Assembly (NCBI GenBank): GCA_051599415.1 | Contig: AP039703.1 | Coordinates: forward strand, 124,001 to 188,000 | Direction: 5' to 3' | DNA length: 64,000 nucleotides | Source: Savitreella phatthalungensis | Lineage: Eukaryota | Shown here: in pieces, positions 11,536-23,600 of the stretch | Numbering within the stretch: position 1 is the stretch's first letter | How the letters are laid out: each line of letters opens with the position of its first letter | Made by a program: the position numbers and the translations under genes | The notes under the pieces: model-generated | What the model was told of the DNA's origin: nothing | Databases searched by the model: none | What the model saw: only the letters and a program-made list of their open reading frames with translations

Positions 11536-13098
11536 ATGGTTGAATTTACGAGTCTCTCGTACTTGGCCCTGTACGCGCCATCACTCGGCCCAACTGAAGA
11601 AACAGTAGCCCGACAGTTGCTCTTCTACACCACGCAACCTGCCACTCCAACCGACAGTGTAGATCAGCACACTGTCGGCGTCGCGTCACCTCTCGATACT
11701 CAACTCAGGAATGTAGGTCTCGTCCAAGGCATCATCGAACTAGGCTCCTCCTTCTCTCGCTCTACCTCCCTCCTCACCCCGAACGCACGCAATCAGGGTG
11801 TCACGATGATCGACTCGGCATCCACCAGATCATACATCTCAATCCTCGAGCCAGGCGTCTTCGCACTCCTCTGTCTGAACAGGTCCCCACACACGCAACT
11901 CCCACACCCAGAGCCAGTCATTGCTGATCTGCAAGCTGCCCACGCCGAGTTCACCCTCCTGAACGGCTCCTTGTCAAGTCTGATTCCTGGGCTGGTGGGG
12001 ACGGTGGGTGAAAGGGTAGGTGGGAAGATCGATCGATTCTGGATGAGATATGCGCATACGTGGTCTGCGTCATCTGTGAGGTTGCGCAGCGTCGACAGCG
12101 GGAGTCTGCTTGCCTCCAAGGCAGTCCGACTCTCAGACAAAAGCGCAGAGATCCCCCAGGATCTGGTGGCAGGAGAAGAGATCAAGCATATGATTGTTAC
12201 CGATACCGACAATCACGTCATCTACGCTACCTACAACACCGCAAATCCGCACATCCTAGCACATGTAGCTCGGCAAGCAGCAAAAAGGCAAGCATCCAAT
12301 ACTCTCACCACCACAGAAACCCAAGCACAGCAGCAGCCAGCACAGCCACCCTGGTATCATCCAGCGACCTGGGTCGAGCGCACAGGTCGCGTGTTCTCCG
12401 GCACATCTGCATCATCGACGACAACTGCGGTGGCGACAGCGAGCGCTGCGGGCGAGTCGGTAAAGAGGGTGACTGGTGCGGTGGCTTGGTGGGACGGCGA
12501 GCGCGATGTGTACGTTGGTGAGGAAGGGTGGAGCAAGTTGTGGGTTGGGGAAAGTGAGCACGTGCGAGCGATCGTCGTCTTACCCAAACCACTGTCGCAA
12601 CCAACAATCGAGGAGGTCGAGCATCTCATCACCCAGATCACCCGTCAAATCCAGCACACTCCTACCACACCTGTCTCCCCTTGGTACACGCTCGCGTACC
12701 ACCACCATCGACAAGTATACTCTTCCTCACTCCCACCCTACAACAACCACAACCACAATCCCACAGACAGCAAACATGCAGCAACGGTAGCAGCAAACAC
12801 AGCACATCTTCACGCGCTCATTGTCGATCTCATACACGGCCGTAAGGATCGAGCGACAGAGAGGTTTGAGGTTGTCAGATCGAGTAGGAATGCATGGGTG
12901 GTTGTGTCGATCGATCTGGATCTAACGATCGTCCTAGCAAGACCTGTCAACCATTCCCTACAACCAGAACCAAGTTCTGGGGAAACACTGGAGGGAGTGA
13001 CGATCGAAGCTAGAAAGAGCGTCAAGAAAGCTAAAGAGGAGCTACTAAAGAAAATGTCAAGCTCGCTGTCGAGGGCGGAGGATACACCAAAGAGTTGA
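11536..13098 (+). CDS. CCZ1: Vacuolar fusion protein Ccz1 (longin-domain Mon1-Ccz1 GEF subunit)
   Basis: N-terminus LSYLALYAPSLGPTEETVARQLLFY, then QLRNVGLVQGIIE and LEPG; these match the fungal Ccz1 first longin domain as I recall it. Start placed at ATG 11536. Confidence 0.75.
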   Translation: MVEFTSLSYLALYAPSLGPTEETVARQLLFYTTQPATPTDSVDQHTVGVASPLDTQLRNVGLVQGIIELGSSFSRSTSLLTPNARNQGVTMIDSASTRSYISILEPGVFALLCLNRSPHTQLPHPEPVIADLQAAHAEFTLLNGSLSSLIPGLVGTVGERVGGKIDRFWMRYAHTWSASSVRLRSVDSGSLLASKAVRLSDKSAEIPQDLVAGEEIKHMIVTDTDNHVIYATYNTANPHILAHVARQAAKRQASNTLTTTETQAQQQPAQPPWYHPATWVERTGRVFSGTSASSTTTAVATASAAGESVKRVTGAVAWWDGERDVYVGEEGWSKLWVGESEHVRAIVVLPKPLSQPTIEEVEHLITQITRQIQHTPTTPVSPWYTLAYHHHRQVYSSSLPPYNNHNHNPTDSKHAATVAANTAHLHALIVDLIHGRKDRATERFEVVRSSRNAWVVVSIDLDLTIVLARPVNHSLQPEPSSGETLEGVTIEARKSVKKAKEELLKKMSSSLSRAEDTPKS

Positions 13099-14506
13099 TC
13101 TGTGGTGAAGGTGGCAAGAGAGAGTGTGCCATAGACAGAAATAGAAATAGATGGTGGGTAAACGTGGTCGAGAGAGGGAGAGTAAGCTAATGGGCAAGCC
13201 AGCCAGCCAGCCGACCAGCCATCTGGATTCTGAAGTTCAGAAGTTTCAGCCCTGTGTAGAGAATAGATTGTCCTTTGTATCTGGAGAAGGTATAAGTGGC
13301 CAAACCGTGCCTAATCTACTTGAAACTCAGAAAAGCCAATGGGTCAATCTATTTGTGACTCTTTGGACCAGAGAAAGGATACAATCGAATCTATTTTAGT
13401 ACAGTAAAAAGAGTATACTCAATCTCTCTTCCACCTCCACCTTTCCCATATCCACATGCTTTCAAGTTCATCAAAGAGAATTTGAAAATATCGATTATCA
13501 AAGACTGCATGTGCATGTGCATCCAAACCCAAAATAAATATTCAATCGACCGAGTAAGAGTGATTAAAGGTATAGAGTATAGAGTGGGGGATTCTCATGC
13601 ATGGAGTATGTGAGGAGCTTAGATTGAACGTATGTACAGATTCGGTTAACTGCACGTCCAAACCAAATTTAAAGTAAATGATTAGATTCACTCCAACTTT
13701 GATAGTAAAAACCTTAATTCACCGGACCCCTCCTCTTCTTCCACCAGTCAGCCAGCCCAGCCCAGCCAGCCATCAACCACTCAAACTCAGAACTCATCCA
13801 TCTGATCACAACACAATCACTCGAGATCTCATATACATATATGTATATACATGCACAAATAATATCAACTATACCTCAATCTATATTTTATTTACATGTA
13901 CACCCAATTTAAATATGTTCATGCTGTCCTATACAGTGTAAATCTAGTCTGGTCTGTCAAAGTTTAGTGGATGGTATATAGTATTACCCACTACCAGCAG
14001 GGAAGGATATCCTTCCACCCATACATCCATCCCATACAAACATACATACATACATCCCATATACACACATATCCACCCTTTATCACTACAGGGGAACAGC
14101 AGATCAAACAACAAGAGCAGCAACACCAGCAACATCCTCATTTGCTGTCTTCCTCTATACATCTCATCCTCCTTCATCCCTGCTCCATCGACAGGCGCGC
14201 CCATCTACTTCTTAGCTCTTTGTCCGGGGGCGGCGCGTCAAAGGTCAAACGGTCAAGTCCACATACGCATCAGCAACGGCACCAGCAACACCAACAGCAG
14301 CATCTCTCCTTCTCTCTCTCTCTTTCTCTTACACACACACACTCTACCCGTTCTCCCACTCCAAGAATCCCCTCTTTGATACATCGGACATAGACAACCC
14401 CTCTCTCCCTCACACCCAAAACTCATCCTCATTCAAACAACAATAGTAGCAGCAGAACCAAGGACGATACTCCTCATCCTAGTCAAACCCACACGCTCAT
14501 CATTGG

Positions 14507-14839
14507 GTAAGTTCAAAACACCTCCACTACCACCACAAGTGACCCATTCAAGTGCATGGGAGTCGAAGTCAGAAGGGGAAGGGGAAGAGAAAGGCGGTCG
14601 ATCCAAGTCTACCACAGATTTAGTATCGAGTTGGGCTCAGGAGTCACCCTTCACCCACTCCGTTTCACCAACCGAGCAAATAACTCGAATCTCATACCTC
14701 GCATCTCGACACACCACATCCAATCCTCTCTTTCTCTCTCTCTCTCTTCTTTTTCCAAAGACTTTGCTCTCATCACTCGAATCCCCTCACCCTCGTATCC
14801 TCCCTTCCCCGACACATTACTAACCATCTTTTCCAATAG
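14507..14839 (+). other. Putative 5'-UTR intron of the casein kinase I gene
   Basis: GTAAGT donor at 14507, perfect TACTAAC branch point at 14818-14824, TAG acceptor ending 14839; the start ATG is at 14925. Confidence 0.6.
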
Positions 14840-14924
14840 TCCCCACGAAAGGCTCAAAGACACAAAGCCCGGCTTCCTGTCGAGTCTGCTCCATCTCTCA
14901 TCGCATCCCTATAGACGACTCAAG

Positions 14925-16406
14925 ATGAGCTCAAACTCCTCTTCAAATGTCGTCGGTGTTCACTACCGACTAGGCCGCAAGATTGGCGAAGGCTCTTTCG
15001 GCGTCATCTTCGAAGGCACAAATCTACTCAACAATCAGCTCGTCGCGATCAAGTTCGAGCCGAGAAAGAGCGACGCACCACAGCTCCGCGACGAATATCG
15101 CACGTACAAGCTCCTCGTCGGTTGCGTCGGCATCCCGAATGTCTACTACTTTGGACAGGAAGGTCTACACAACATCCTCGTCATCGACCTCCTCGGTCCC
15201 TCCCTAGAAGACCTCTTTGACCTGTGCGGCAGGCGGTTCAGCATCAAGACAGTCGTCATGGTCGCCAAACAGATGCTCTCACGCGTCCAGACCATCCACG
15301 AGAAGAACCTCATCTACCGCGACATCAAGCCAGACAACTTCCTCATCGGCCGGCCCGGCACGAAGAATGCAAATCTCGTGTGCGTCGTCGACTTTGGCAT
15401 GGCAAAGCAGTACCGTGATCCAAAGACAAAGCAGCACATCCCATACAGGGAGCGCAAGTCCCTAAGTGGTACAGCCAGATACATGTCCATCAACACACAT
15501 CTCGGCAGGGAGCAGTCCCGAAGAGACGACCTGGAGGCACTCGGACACGTCTTCATGTACTTCCTCCGCGGTGGGCTTCCCTGGCAGGGACTCAAGGCAG
15601 CCACCAACAAGCAGAAGTACGAGAAGATTGGTGAGAAGAAGCAGACGACACCGATCAAGGACCTCTGTGAGAACTTCCCAGACGAGTTTGCACAGTACCT
15701 GTCGTACGTGCGTGGACTCGGATTCGAGGACACTCCGGACTACGACTACCTTCGCGACCTCTTCACTCAGGCACTCGCCAAGGTCGGCGAGGTCGAGGAC
15801 GGCATCTACGACTGGATGCTTCTCAACAACGGCAAGGGATGGGAGGCAAACGCGAAGCAGGCTCAACTCCACGGCGCCAACAACAACAACTACGTCGCCC
15901 CTTCCGCAGCAGAACTGCGGCAGGGCGCACCGGCTGGAAGGCACGCGGCCCAGGTAAGCGGCGGTCGCGCAGCCGGAGGCACCAACACGCCAGGCGCAGG
16001 CGGATCGAGCGGACTCCCTGCACAGCCGTCTGCAGCCATGACGCGGCAGTCGAGTAAGCAAGGTCAGCGCAGGCAGGCAGGTACGTCCAGTCCCGCAGGT
16101 GGCGCACCACGGCGCTCCTCACAGCATGGCGAGTCAGCTCTCGCCAACAACGCAGCAGCCTCTGGACCCGGCTACAACTCCCCCACAGGCGCATCCCGCG
16201 CAGCAGGCGCCCACGGTCGCCAACTAAACACCGTCACATCACCATCACAATCGCAAGCTCACCACAGCCAGCAACAGCGTCTACAGGACCAGCAGAACGC
16301 CTACAACACATCCTCACAGCAAGCGGCAGCAGCCCAACAGCAGCAGCAGCAATCATCACGCAAGCAGACAGGCTTCTGGGCAAAGATCGCCTCATGCTGT
16401 GGTTAG
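14925..16406 (+). CDS. Casein kinase I, membrane-anchored Yck/Cki type
   Basis: [32 protein letters not shown] and SRRDDLE motifs; Q/G-rich tail ending [11 protein letters not shown] (di-Cys palmitoylation site as in Yck1/2 and Cki1-3). Confidence 0.97.
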   Translation: MSSNSSSNVVGVHYRLGRKIGEGSFGVIFEGTNLLNNQLVAIKFEPRKSDAPQLRDEYRTYKLLVGCVGIPNVYYFGQEGLHNILVIDLLGPSLEDLFDLCGRRFSIKTVVMVAKQMLSRVQTIHEKNLIYRDIKPDNFLIGRPGTKNANLVCVVDFGMAKQYRDPKTKQHIPYRERKSLSGTARYMSINTHLGREQSRRDDLEALGHVFMYFLRGGLPWQGLKAATNKQKYEKIGEKKQTTPIKDLCENFPDEFAQYLSYVRGLGFEDTPDYDYLRDLFTQALAKVGEVEDGIYDWMLLNNGKGWEANAKQAQLHGANNNNYVAPSAAELRQGAPAGRHAAQVSGGRAAGGTNTPGAGGSSGLPAQPSAAMTRQSSKQGQRRQAGTSSPAGGAPRRSSQHGESALANNAAASGPGYNSPTGASRAAGAHGRQLNTVTSPSQSQAHHSQQQRLQDQQNAYNTSSQQAAAAQQQQQQSSRKQTGFWAKIASCCG

Positions 16407-16608
16407 AGACCTCCTCTCGCCTCAAGCGTCTCCAACACCGACATTCTTTCCACACTACTTTCAAAGCCTCAACCTTTCTCTTCCCTTTCCTTCTCGAATA
16501 ATACATACACACTCGATACTGTTCTGTCTTCGTTCCGAGGTGTGTCATCAAATTTTTTGTACATGCGTAGGCGATCCGCTCTCATCTCATCACCGGTAAG
16601 CGACATCC

Positions 16609-17172
16609 TCAACGAGCGACTCGCTTCCGGACCGGCGATCTATCTGCTTGTCTGGGTGCCGATGCCGAAGCTGCTGCCCCGGTAGCCACACCGCGTATCG
16701 GTGAGCCTGTAGTCATACCTTTCCGCTTCAATCCTCCGGCAGCGCCGAGCGCATCTGTTCCTCCCCCAGATATCAACGCGTCAAACGGCCGAGAACCGTC
16801 GCTCCGTAGACCTTTAATGGGAGACGTCTTGCCTGCCTTGATCGGTGACAATCGGCCTGCAATCCCCTGCCTCAGCGGAAACAACGGCGTCCTACCGCCG
16901 ACTCCACCGCTTGCCTGTGTCGTGGCGCCCGCCGGTCTCGCAGCGTACCTCCCAGCGAGCTCCCTGATTGTCAATCTTCTCAGTGGCCGTGGCACACGAG
17001 ACACGCGCATCTCACCGCGTGTCGCCAAGCTCCCGCACAACCCAGCATACTGCGCCCTCAACCGCTCAATCCTGCTACCCAACTCCAGATCAAGGTTCCT
17101 CACAAGCAGATCCTTATGCGCTCTACCCCTAGCATCCCCTCGAGCTCCAGATACCGCAGACTCTTCCACCAT
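16609..17172 (-). CDS. Nbl1/Borealin N-terminal domain protein (chromosomal passenger complex subunit)
   Basis: LLVRNLDLELGSRIERLRAQY...LATRGEMRVSRVPRPLRRLTIRELAGRY matches the fungal Borealin-N helix pattern (NL.LE...R...LRAQY...R.E.R..R.P..LR); SP-rich tail. Start taken at ATG 17172. Confidence 0.78.
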   Translation of the reverse strand: MVEESAVSGARGDARGRAHKDLLVRNLDLELGSRIERLRAQYAGLCGSLATRGEMRVSRVPRPLRRLTIRELAGRYAARPAGATTQASGGVGGRTPLFPLRQGIAGRLSPIKAGKTSPIKGLRSDGSRPFDALISGGGTDALGAAGGLKRKGMTTGSPIRGVATGAAASASAPRQADRSPVRKRVAR

Positions 17173-17239
17173 TCGAGTACTTTTCAATGGAGATGGTCGT
17201 CGGTTACGTTCACCACAGAACAGCAACCGTACTCCCAAA

Positions 17240-17294
17240 ATAAACAATGAAAAAAACATGGCAGCGTCAAATGCAGTCCAACACGGATACGCGT
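17240..17294. promoter_or_regulatory. Candidate cell-cycle elements in the bidirectional promoter: forkhead-like ATAAACAA (17240-17247) and MCB ACGCGT (17289-17294)
   Basis: Exact motif matches lying between two divergent mitotic genes; short motifs can arise by chance. Confidence 0.4.
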
Positions 17295-17405
17295 ACAAGC
17301 ACAGACGCACACATACTCGCACAAGAACAATAGCACATCCAACACCGATCCTTCTTCATTCTTTCCTTCTTGTAGGCGGACTGTCGCCTTCGGCTGTGTC
17401 GGAGG

Positions 17406-19127
17406 ATGGCAGACAGCGACTTGTCGTTTGACGCGCGCGAGCGCCATCTCAAGCAGAATAGGGAGATCATCAGAATCAACGGGCTACAGGCATCGCGAAT
17501 CGCAGCGCTCGAAGGAGAAGTCACCCGTCTTCTCTCAGAAAACATCCAGCTGCGTACACAGACCATCCAGCTCCGTGCAGCTGCCAAGAACCACACGGCA
17601 GCACTCGCTTCAGAAGCCGATCTCAAAGACAAGCGGATTCTCCTAGAACGCGGTCTACGCGACCTCCACCGAATCGTCAGATCACTCGGTCAATCATCCT
17701 CCACTGCCACATCAGCAACAGCAGCGTCCGAGACGCTCCCCACAGCATGCTCAGCGAGCATGGCAGACCTAGCAGGTGCAGGTGCAGGTGTAGTCAACAA
17801 CAGCGAACACCAGATTCCGCTCACCACGACCATGAAGAAATCACCAAAGAAGTCAAATCTCCTGGTCGTCTCGCCAGACAAGTCGCCAGAACACACCCCT
17901 AACGCATCAACGCCAGACGTCGTAGACATGGATCTCGACGAGGACGCTGAAGAGGACTCAATGACCAGCACCGCCACGAACAACAACCAGCGTACGACGG
18001 CGTCAGTCGCGGCACGCCGGCGTACACATATGAACGCAGGTCCAGCAGCTCGTGTCTCGCCAGAGGATATACGCCACCGCAGCAGTACCGGTGGTCTCTC
18101 AGAATCAACTGACAACGCCCAAGTTCTGTCACCATTAGCGCCAAGCCGCACGACGGCGAGCGAGCGTCGAAGATCTTCCGGTGCCTGCAGCGATGCCAGC
18201 GTCTCCTCATCCACATCCTCTTCCCGCAGAAGGTCGTCCGTCACGGCAGACGCGATCGCAGCAGCCATGCGAGCTGGACCGAACGGCAGTCCCGAAGCTG
18301 TCCGACGCCACTCGTCCACTTCCACCTCCGCCAACGCCAACGCCAACGCCATCCAGATCATCCTCGACGACGATGACGATGCCGCTGTCACAAATCACAG
18401 CGTCACGGTCACCTCCGCACGGAGATCGAACGAGGAGATCCTCAGGCAGCAGCTCGCAGATGCGATGCAGGCTGCACGAATCGATGGCGCCGACACCATT
18501 GCTCGCAGATCCTCCTCATCATCCATCACTACCAGTACACGCCGCCCGCCACATCCCATCTCCGACGACAAAGAGAACGACCGCTCGCTACCACCACCCA
18601 CGGCCACCGACCGGAACAGGTCACCAACGAGAAAGGCACTCGGTCCCGTCAAAGACACTCTCCGATCAAGACGTAACGTTCAGCCACCTACAGCACCTCT
18701 ATCACCAGTCAAAAAGCCTGCACCTTCCACAGCTACTGAACCGGCACCGGCACCCGCAGTTATCAAGCCGGAGCCCATCTCGCCAGCATCGACAGTCTCT
18801 CGAGCTGCTTTCCACTTTGGCGACGACCTGGCTGAAGCCGATGTTGAGGGTGACGTTGACGGAAGCGCGGCCGGCAGCAGATCGCGACGGGCAGCGCGAT
18901 CAGGCGTGCTCTCATATGCCGAGCCGTCCCTGCGGACAAAAATGCGCAGGACAGAATCCCTGCCAGGCGACAGCCGACGTCGCAAATCAGTCTACCGCAA
19001 ACCCCAAACCCAAACCCAACCACCCGATGACCACCACCACAACCAAGACCTCGACCAGATCGCAGCTCAACGACCAGCCACAGCCACAGGCGCATCACGG
19101 CGTACGCCAATCGCCCTCGATGACTAG
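17406..19127 (+). CDS. Shugoshin
   Basis: N-terminal coiled coil HLKQNREIIRINGLQASRIAALEGEVTRLLSENIQLR and C-terminal SGO motif RSRR...SYAEPSLRTKMRR; KEN box (DKEND). Confidence 0.92.
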   Translation: MADSDLSFDARERHLKQNREIIRINGLQASRIAALEGEVTRLLSENIQLRTQTIQLRAAAKNHTAALASEADLKDKRILLERGLRDLHRIVRSLGQSSSTATSATAASETLPTACSASMADLAGAGAGVVNNSEHQIPLTTTMKKSPKKSNLLVVSPDKSPEHTPNASTPDVVDMDLDEDAEEDSMTSTATNNNQRTTASVAARRRTHMNAGPAARVSPEDIRHRSSTGGLSESTDNAQVLSPLAPSRTTASERRRSSGACSDASVSSSTSSSRRRSSVTADAIAAAMRAGPNGSPEAVRRHSSTSTSANANANAIQIILDDDDDAAVTNHSVTVTSARRSNEEILRQQLADAMQAARIDGADTIARRSSSSSITTSTRRPPHPISDDKENDRSLPPPTATDRNRSPTRKALGPVKDTLRSRRNVQPPTAPLSPVKKPAPSTATEPAPAPAVIKPEPISPASTVSRAAFHFGDDLAEADVEGDVDGSAAGSRSRRAARSGVLSYAEPSLRTKMRRTESLPGDSRRRKSVYRKPQTQTQPPDDHHHNQDLDQIAAQRPATATGASRRTPIALDD

Positions 19128-19247
19128 ACTCGATCAAGATCACGATCCACAGACTTTGGTGACAGGTGTATAGGTATGTACAACAGCTAGGCTCCCCCCT
19201 TTTTTTTATTCTCAATCGGTGAGCTTACTCGTCCTGTCACGTTCACG

Positions 19248-19805
19248 TCATGCCGTCAGCGCAGGTTCCTCGACGAGTGTAAGTCCCATCGTCCTAGCAG
19301 CCAACTGATTTTCGTCTATTGTGAACGGTGCACTCTTGAGCTTATCGAGATCCATCTTCATCGCATAAGCATCCTCTCCGTCCTGGTAGTACTTTGTCTC
19401 GACCCCCTGAACAGCGAACTTGAGCCCGTCCCTGTACAGCCCCAGGGCAGCACGATTCGACTTGCGGACGTGCAAGGACACGGCCGTCGCATCATACCCT
19501 TCGACCATTGCCCTCTGCGCCTGCCTCATCAACCTCTCTGCCAACCCGAGCCTCCGATACGTCCTCATCACCGAAAGACTCGTGATGTGCCCTGTCCTCT
19601 CACCCCCTTCCTTCCCATCATCCTCCATCTTCCCGAGCACATACCCAACCACCCGCCCCCGACCATCCACACCCACAAACGACAGCGACGGCCACGTCAG
19701 CGCATGATACAGGTAGTACTTCATCACATAGTTCTCTGGCAGGTTCGATAGATTCGCATGCTGCATCCCAGAGAGGTCATCCACCTTTGCTCTCCTGATA
19801 TCCAT
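19248..19805 (-). CDS. ARD1: NatA catalytic subunit Naa10/Ard1
   Basis: MDIRRA...[47 protein letters not shown] and [10 protein letters not shown]. Start at ATG 19805. Confidence 0.96.
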   Translation of the reverse strand: MDIRRAKVDDLSGMQHANLSNLPENYVMKYYLYHALTWPSLSFVGVDGRGRVVGYVLGKMEDDGKEGGERTGHITSLSVMRTYRRLGLAERLMRQAQRAMVEGYDATAVSLHVRKSNRAALGLYRDGLKFAVQGVETKYYQDGEDAYAMKMDLDKLKSAPFTIDENQLAARTMGLTLVEEPALTA

Positions 19806-19856
19806 CTCTTTTGTCTTCGGACTTTTCTTCTCGTGTCTGTTGTTTTTTAATACTAC

Positions 19857-20615
19857 ATGTGGTGGACTCCAGCTTGGCATACCAAGCACTACACCACGCT
19901 CACAATACCCTTTACCCGTGCCGGTGTGACGGTGACCCAGGACGACCAGGAAGGCTTTACAGGTGGGACCGTCTGGGGATCAGCACAGGTCCTCGCAGCG
20001 TACGTGGTCGAGGTTCAAACTGCCGGGAAGAGGAAAAAGAGGACGGCGATCGAGTTGGGTGCAGGTACTGGCGTGGTGTCGATCGTCGCTGGCGGGGGCG
20101 GGTGGAAGGTGTGGGCGACGGATGTGGAGGAGGTTTGTGAGATGGTGCTGAGGAGGAATGTGGCTGCCGCAAGGGCAGGGACGGAGGAGGAGATGGATGT
20201 TCAGGTGGTCGCGGTCGATTGGCAGAGCTTGCCACAGGTCGGGGAACGGATGGGAGAGCTAGGGGATAGGTTCGATTACGTGCTTGCTAGTGATGTCATC
20301 TACGCGCCTACCATCATACCGCCCTTCATCGACGCACTCGTCAGGTTCGGCAGTGGTCACAGGACAACGACCTGCTACATCGCTCAGGAAGTCAGGGATC
20401 CGGACCTGATGGACACGTTTGTGGAAGGTGCTACAGAGGCAGGGTTTAAGGTGTCGCGGATCCCTGGGGGAGAAGTGAAGAAAGCGCTCATGACGCATCT
20501 GCCACCACCTGCTGCCGGCGATGGTGATGACTCGGATGGTGGCGATGCATTTGCAGCTTTCGACGACGTGGTCATCTTCAAGTTAAAGCCGACGACGGAG
20601 CTGGTTGCCCGGTGA
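19857..20615 (+). CDS. SAM-dependent protein methyltransferase, family 16 (METTL21-like)
   Basis: TGGTVW.SAQVL, motif [15 protein letters not shown] and [11 protein letters not shown] (DxxY). Confidence 0.88.
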   Translation: MWWTPAWHTKHYTTLTIPFTRAGVTVTQDDQEGFTGGTVWGSAQVLAAYVVEVQTAGKRKKRTAIELGAGTGVVSIVAGGGGWKVWATDVEEVCEMVLRRNVAAARAGTEEEMDVQVVAVDWQSLPQVGERMGELGDRFDYVLASDVIYAPTIIPPFIDALVRFGSGHRTTTCYIAQEVRDPDLMDTFVEGATEAGFKVSRIPGGEVKKALMTHLPPPAAGDGDDSDGGDAFAAFDDVVIFKLKPTTELVAR

Positions 20616-20629
20616 CTGAGAGGGGGATA

Positions 20630-23600
20630 CTAGGCCATGTCGACGTCTTGAGATGCGGTGGCATCGTCACCGTTGACGTGCACGTAGTCTTCCTCCTCTT
20701 CATCATCTTCGGGATTCTGCACGCCAGATTCAACTTCTTTTCGGTCGAGCTCACCCTGCTCAGCAGCGAGCGAGTCCTGTGCACTACGAACCGTCGCATC
20801 GAACCACCTCTGAAGGTTGTGAGCACCTTCGAGGTTGTCCAGTCGCTCGTTCTCTGTGATAGCTCGATGGTGGAAGCGCTTGACGTCATCGTTCGAGAGA
20901 TGCGCGGTGGCTTGTGGCAGATCTGCATGGTAAGCTTGCCGTGGCGGGAGTACTTCGACTGTGAGCTGGAGTTCGGTCGCTGATGGCGATGCATTGTGGA
21001 GCAAACAGGCACGGACGGTGGCAAAGAGGACTGTGCCGGTCAGCCGGGCCCGCATCTGTGCGTCTGTAGCTGCACGCGTGTCGGCAATGCGGACCCAGTC
21101 GTCTGCGAGAATTGCACGCCGCCAGACGACCTTGCGCCAGAATTCAGCTTGTGGGGCAAGCAGCTGCCGCTGCGAGGTACATGCGAGGATGAGGAGTGCA
21201 TCGAAGTAGGGCGCGTCGGTGGCTTCGCTCTGTACAAAGTGACTTAGCAGATCGGCGGCCTCGATAGCCGACGGCGCCTCGTTTTGAAGCAGTCTCGCTA
21301 GGGCTGGCGCCAGCGCACCGGCGTACTCGTCACGAGATTGACCTGGCGCGCCGAGCTCATCAAGGGCAAGCTCAACGGCTGCATCAGCGTCGATCGCGTC
21401 AGCCGAAGCAGCGCGTACAATGCCCGACCACTTCTTCAGCTTGTCGAGACGCGCTATTCTGCGGGCGAGCTCGACAGGCGCATCCTCGTTTTCCACAAGC
21501 GCGCAGAGCTTTGCGATACTGAGCTGGACACGGCTTTTGTCGAGTCGGGATTCCTCGACTTGCTGGAGAGCTAGAGCTGCGGATTCGTAGTTGTCGTTCG
21601 CGACGTCGTTCATCCAGCTGACAGTCGGATGCGCGTGTTCCTTGAAGAATCGTGTGAGGTGATGTCGCCATGAAGGGAATTCGTGCAAGAGGTTGTAGTA
21701 CTGCCGCTTGTCGAGATAATATTGCCAGAGGACTGCCGCAAAGTCGTAGTCGAATGTATGGAGGTACCACTCGAGTCTCCGGATAACGGCATTGACAACG
21801 TCTTCGTCCGAGGCAGATTCACCTTGATCATGACAGATCTCCACGAGCGATCTGAAGTCTCGATACCGCTCACCAACTTCTAAAGCCGATGCCGTCCGCG
21901 AGCTCTCTACAAGACCGCGCAGCCACTTCGAACGCGACTCGATATATTTGCCCTCGGACGACTTGTCACGCTGTACCTTGTCCTGCATGATGCGGCAGTT
22001 GGCGTTCGCCAGCCCAACAAGCTGGTCACGCAGAGCTTCGCCGTCCTTGCTGCCGTCTTTCCAGGAACCTGCAAAGCGGAGCGTTGCGTCGTACTGGACA
22101 GACGTTGCGAGTAAGACCTCGTTCGAAGAAGTCCACAGTGGCAAAGTCAATTCGCTCAAGCGATACTCAGGGTGAGCGTCACGGAACTCGATCGCACTCA
22201 GCAGTATAGTCAAGATGACCTCGTTTGCCTCGAGCACTGTATCAGCAGCCTGTTGCTGCTGAACACTAGATGCCAACGCATCGATCGATGCCTTGTGTGC
22301 GGCTGTAACGAGCTGGGCAATGCTGTCGGTGCGCGTAGCAAAGAATGCGCGGACAGGGTCTGCATCGGCCGTGTTCTGCGCTGTGACGGCTGTGCTGCCC
22401 GGCACGAGACGGCTCATGATGTTGGTGGTGGAGACACGCCGATTGACAGACTTCCAGAGCGCGTCAGCTGCGAACGCCTGCTCTGCATCTCTGCTTAGTC
22501 GAGCAAGTGTAGCTGACGAGAGCTCCGAGCCAGCGAACTCAGCCAAGCTCTCGAGTGCTTTTACCCGGGCTTCGAGTGCTTCGCTAAGCGAAGCAGAGGA
22601 AGGCAAGAAAGGCGACTGACCGCGCAAGATTTCTCCTGAGAGCTCGAGCGCAGCATCATCGGCCTTCTTCGGTGGCGGTGTGTACGACAGAGGAGAGCCA
22701 TCGAGTGGACCGAAGAAGACGGCCTGCTCGAGATGTGACTTGATGGAAGCTGCTGCGCTCGGTAGCAGACGTCCATCGAATACTTCGAAACGGAGGACGC
22801 CAGCACCACGAGTCAGCAGGACAACACCGGCGTTCCGCTTGCCACGCAACTGATCCTCGATGCCGACGCCGACAATCCCGGCATCATTTGCCAGCTTCAC
22901 GTACTGGCATGGCAAATCCTGTTGACCTGGTGAGCAGAGGACGACGTCGCGCTCACCGACAATGAACACAGTCTGTCCTGGGTTAGGCAAGTAGAGTTGT
23001 GCGTTCTCAACGTGACCGATCGCCTTGCGGACGAATACGGTGGGGACCGCTTGATCGTCGAACCGGACGCCGAGCAATTTGACCTGATCTTGGCCTGCCT
23101 GAACGAGGATGAGGACTGCGCTTTCGACGAGCGGGTAGGCTGCGAGGTCGAGAACCGCTGTCATGCCTTCTGCCGCCAGGAGACCGGCGAGGTCTACTTC
23201 GAGGAGATTACGGTTTGATGAGACGCCGCCACGGGCGACTTCCCAGATGGACAAGGTGCCTCTGCGAGTGATGGCGAGCACTTGCCGCTGCTCCCGCGTT
23301 ACTGCTTGTCCTGCCCGCAGACTGACGATGTCGCGGCGCGAGGCCGCAGACAGGATCACACCAAGCCAGCCTCCCGTCGACGCAAGGCTGCCGACCTTGA
23401 CGTGCGCTTTGCCAGCACCGTCACGCAGCGACACGTGCAGCAGCCTGCCGGACGACGTTGCCAGCACAACCCCTGCAGCACCAGCGTTACACAGCCGAGT
23501 GATCGTCTCGCCCGAGCTCAGCGAAACCCGTCCCTCGATGCCTGTTCGCGGAGCAAGCGCAGAGTTCAGCGAAGGCCAGTATCCGACCTGCCCTGAGGAC

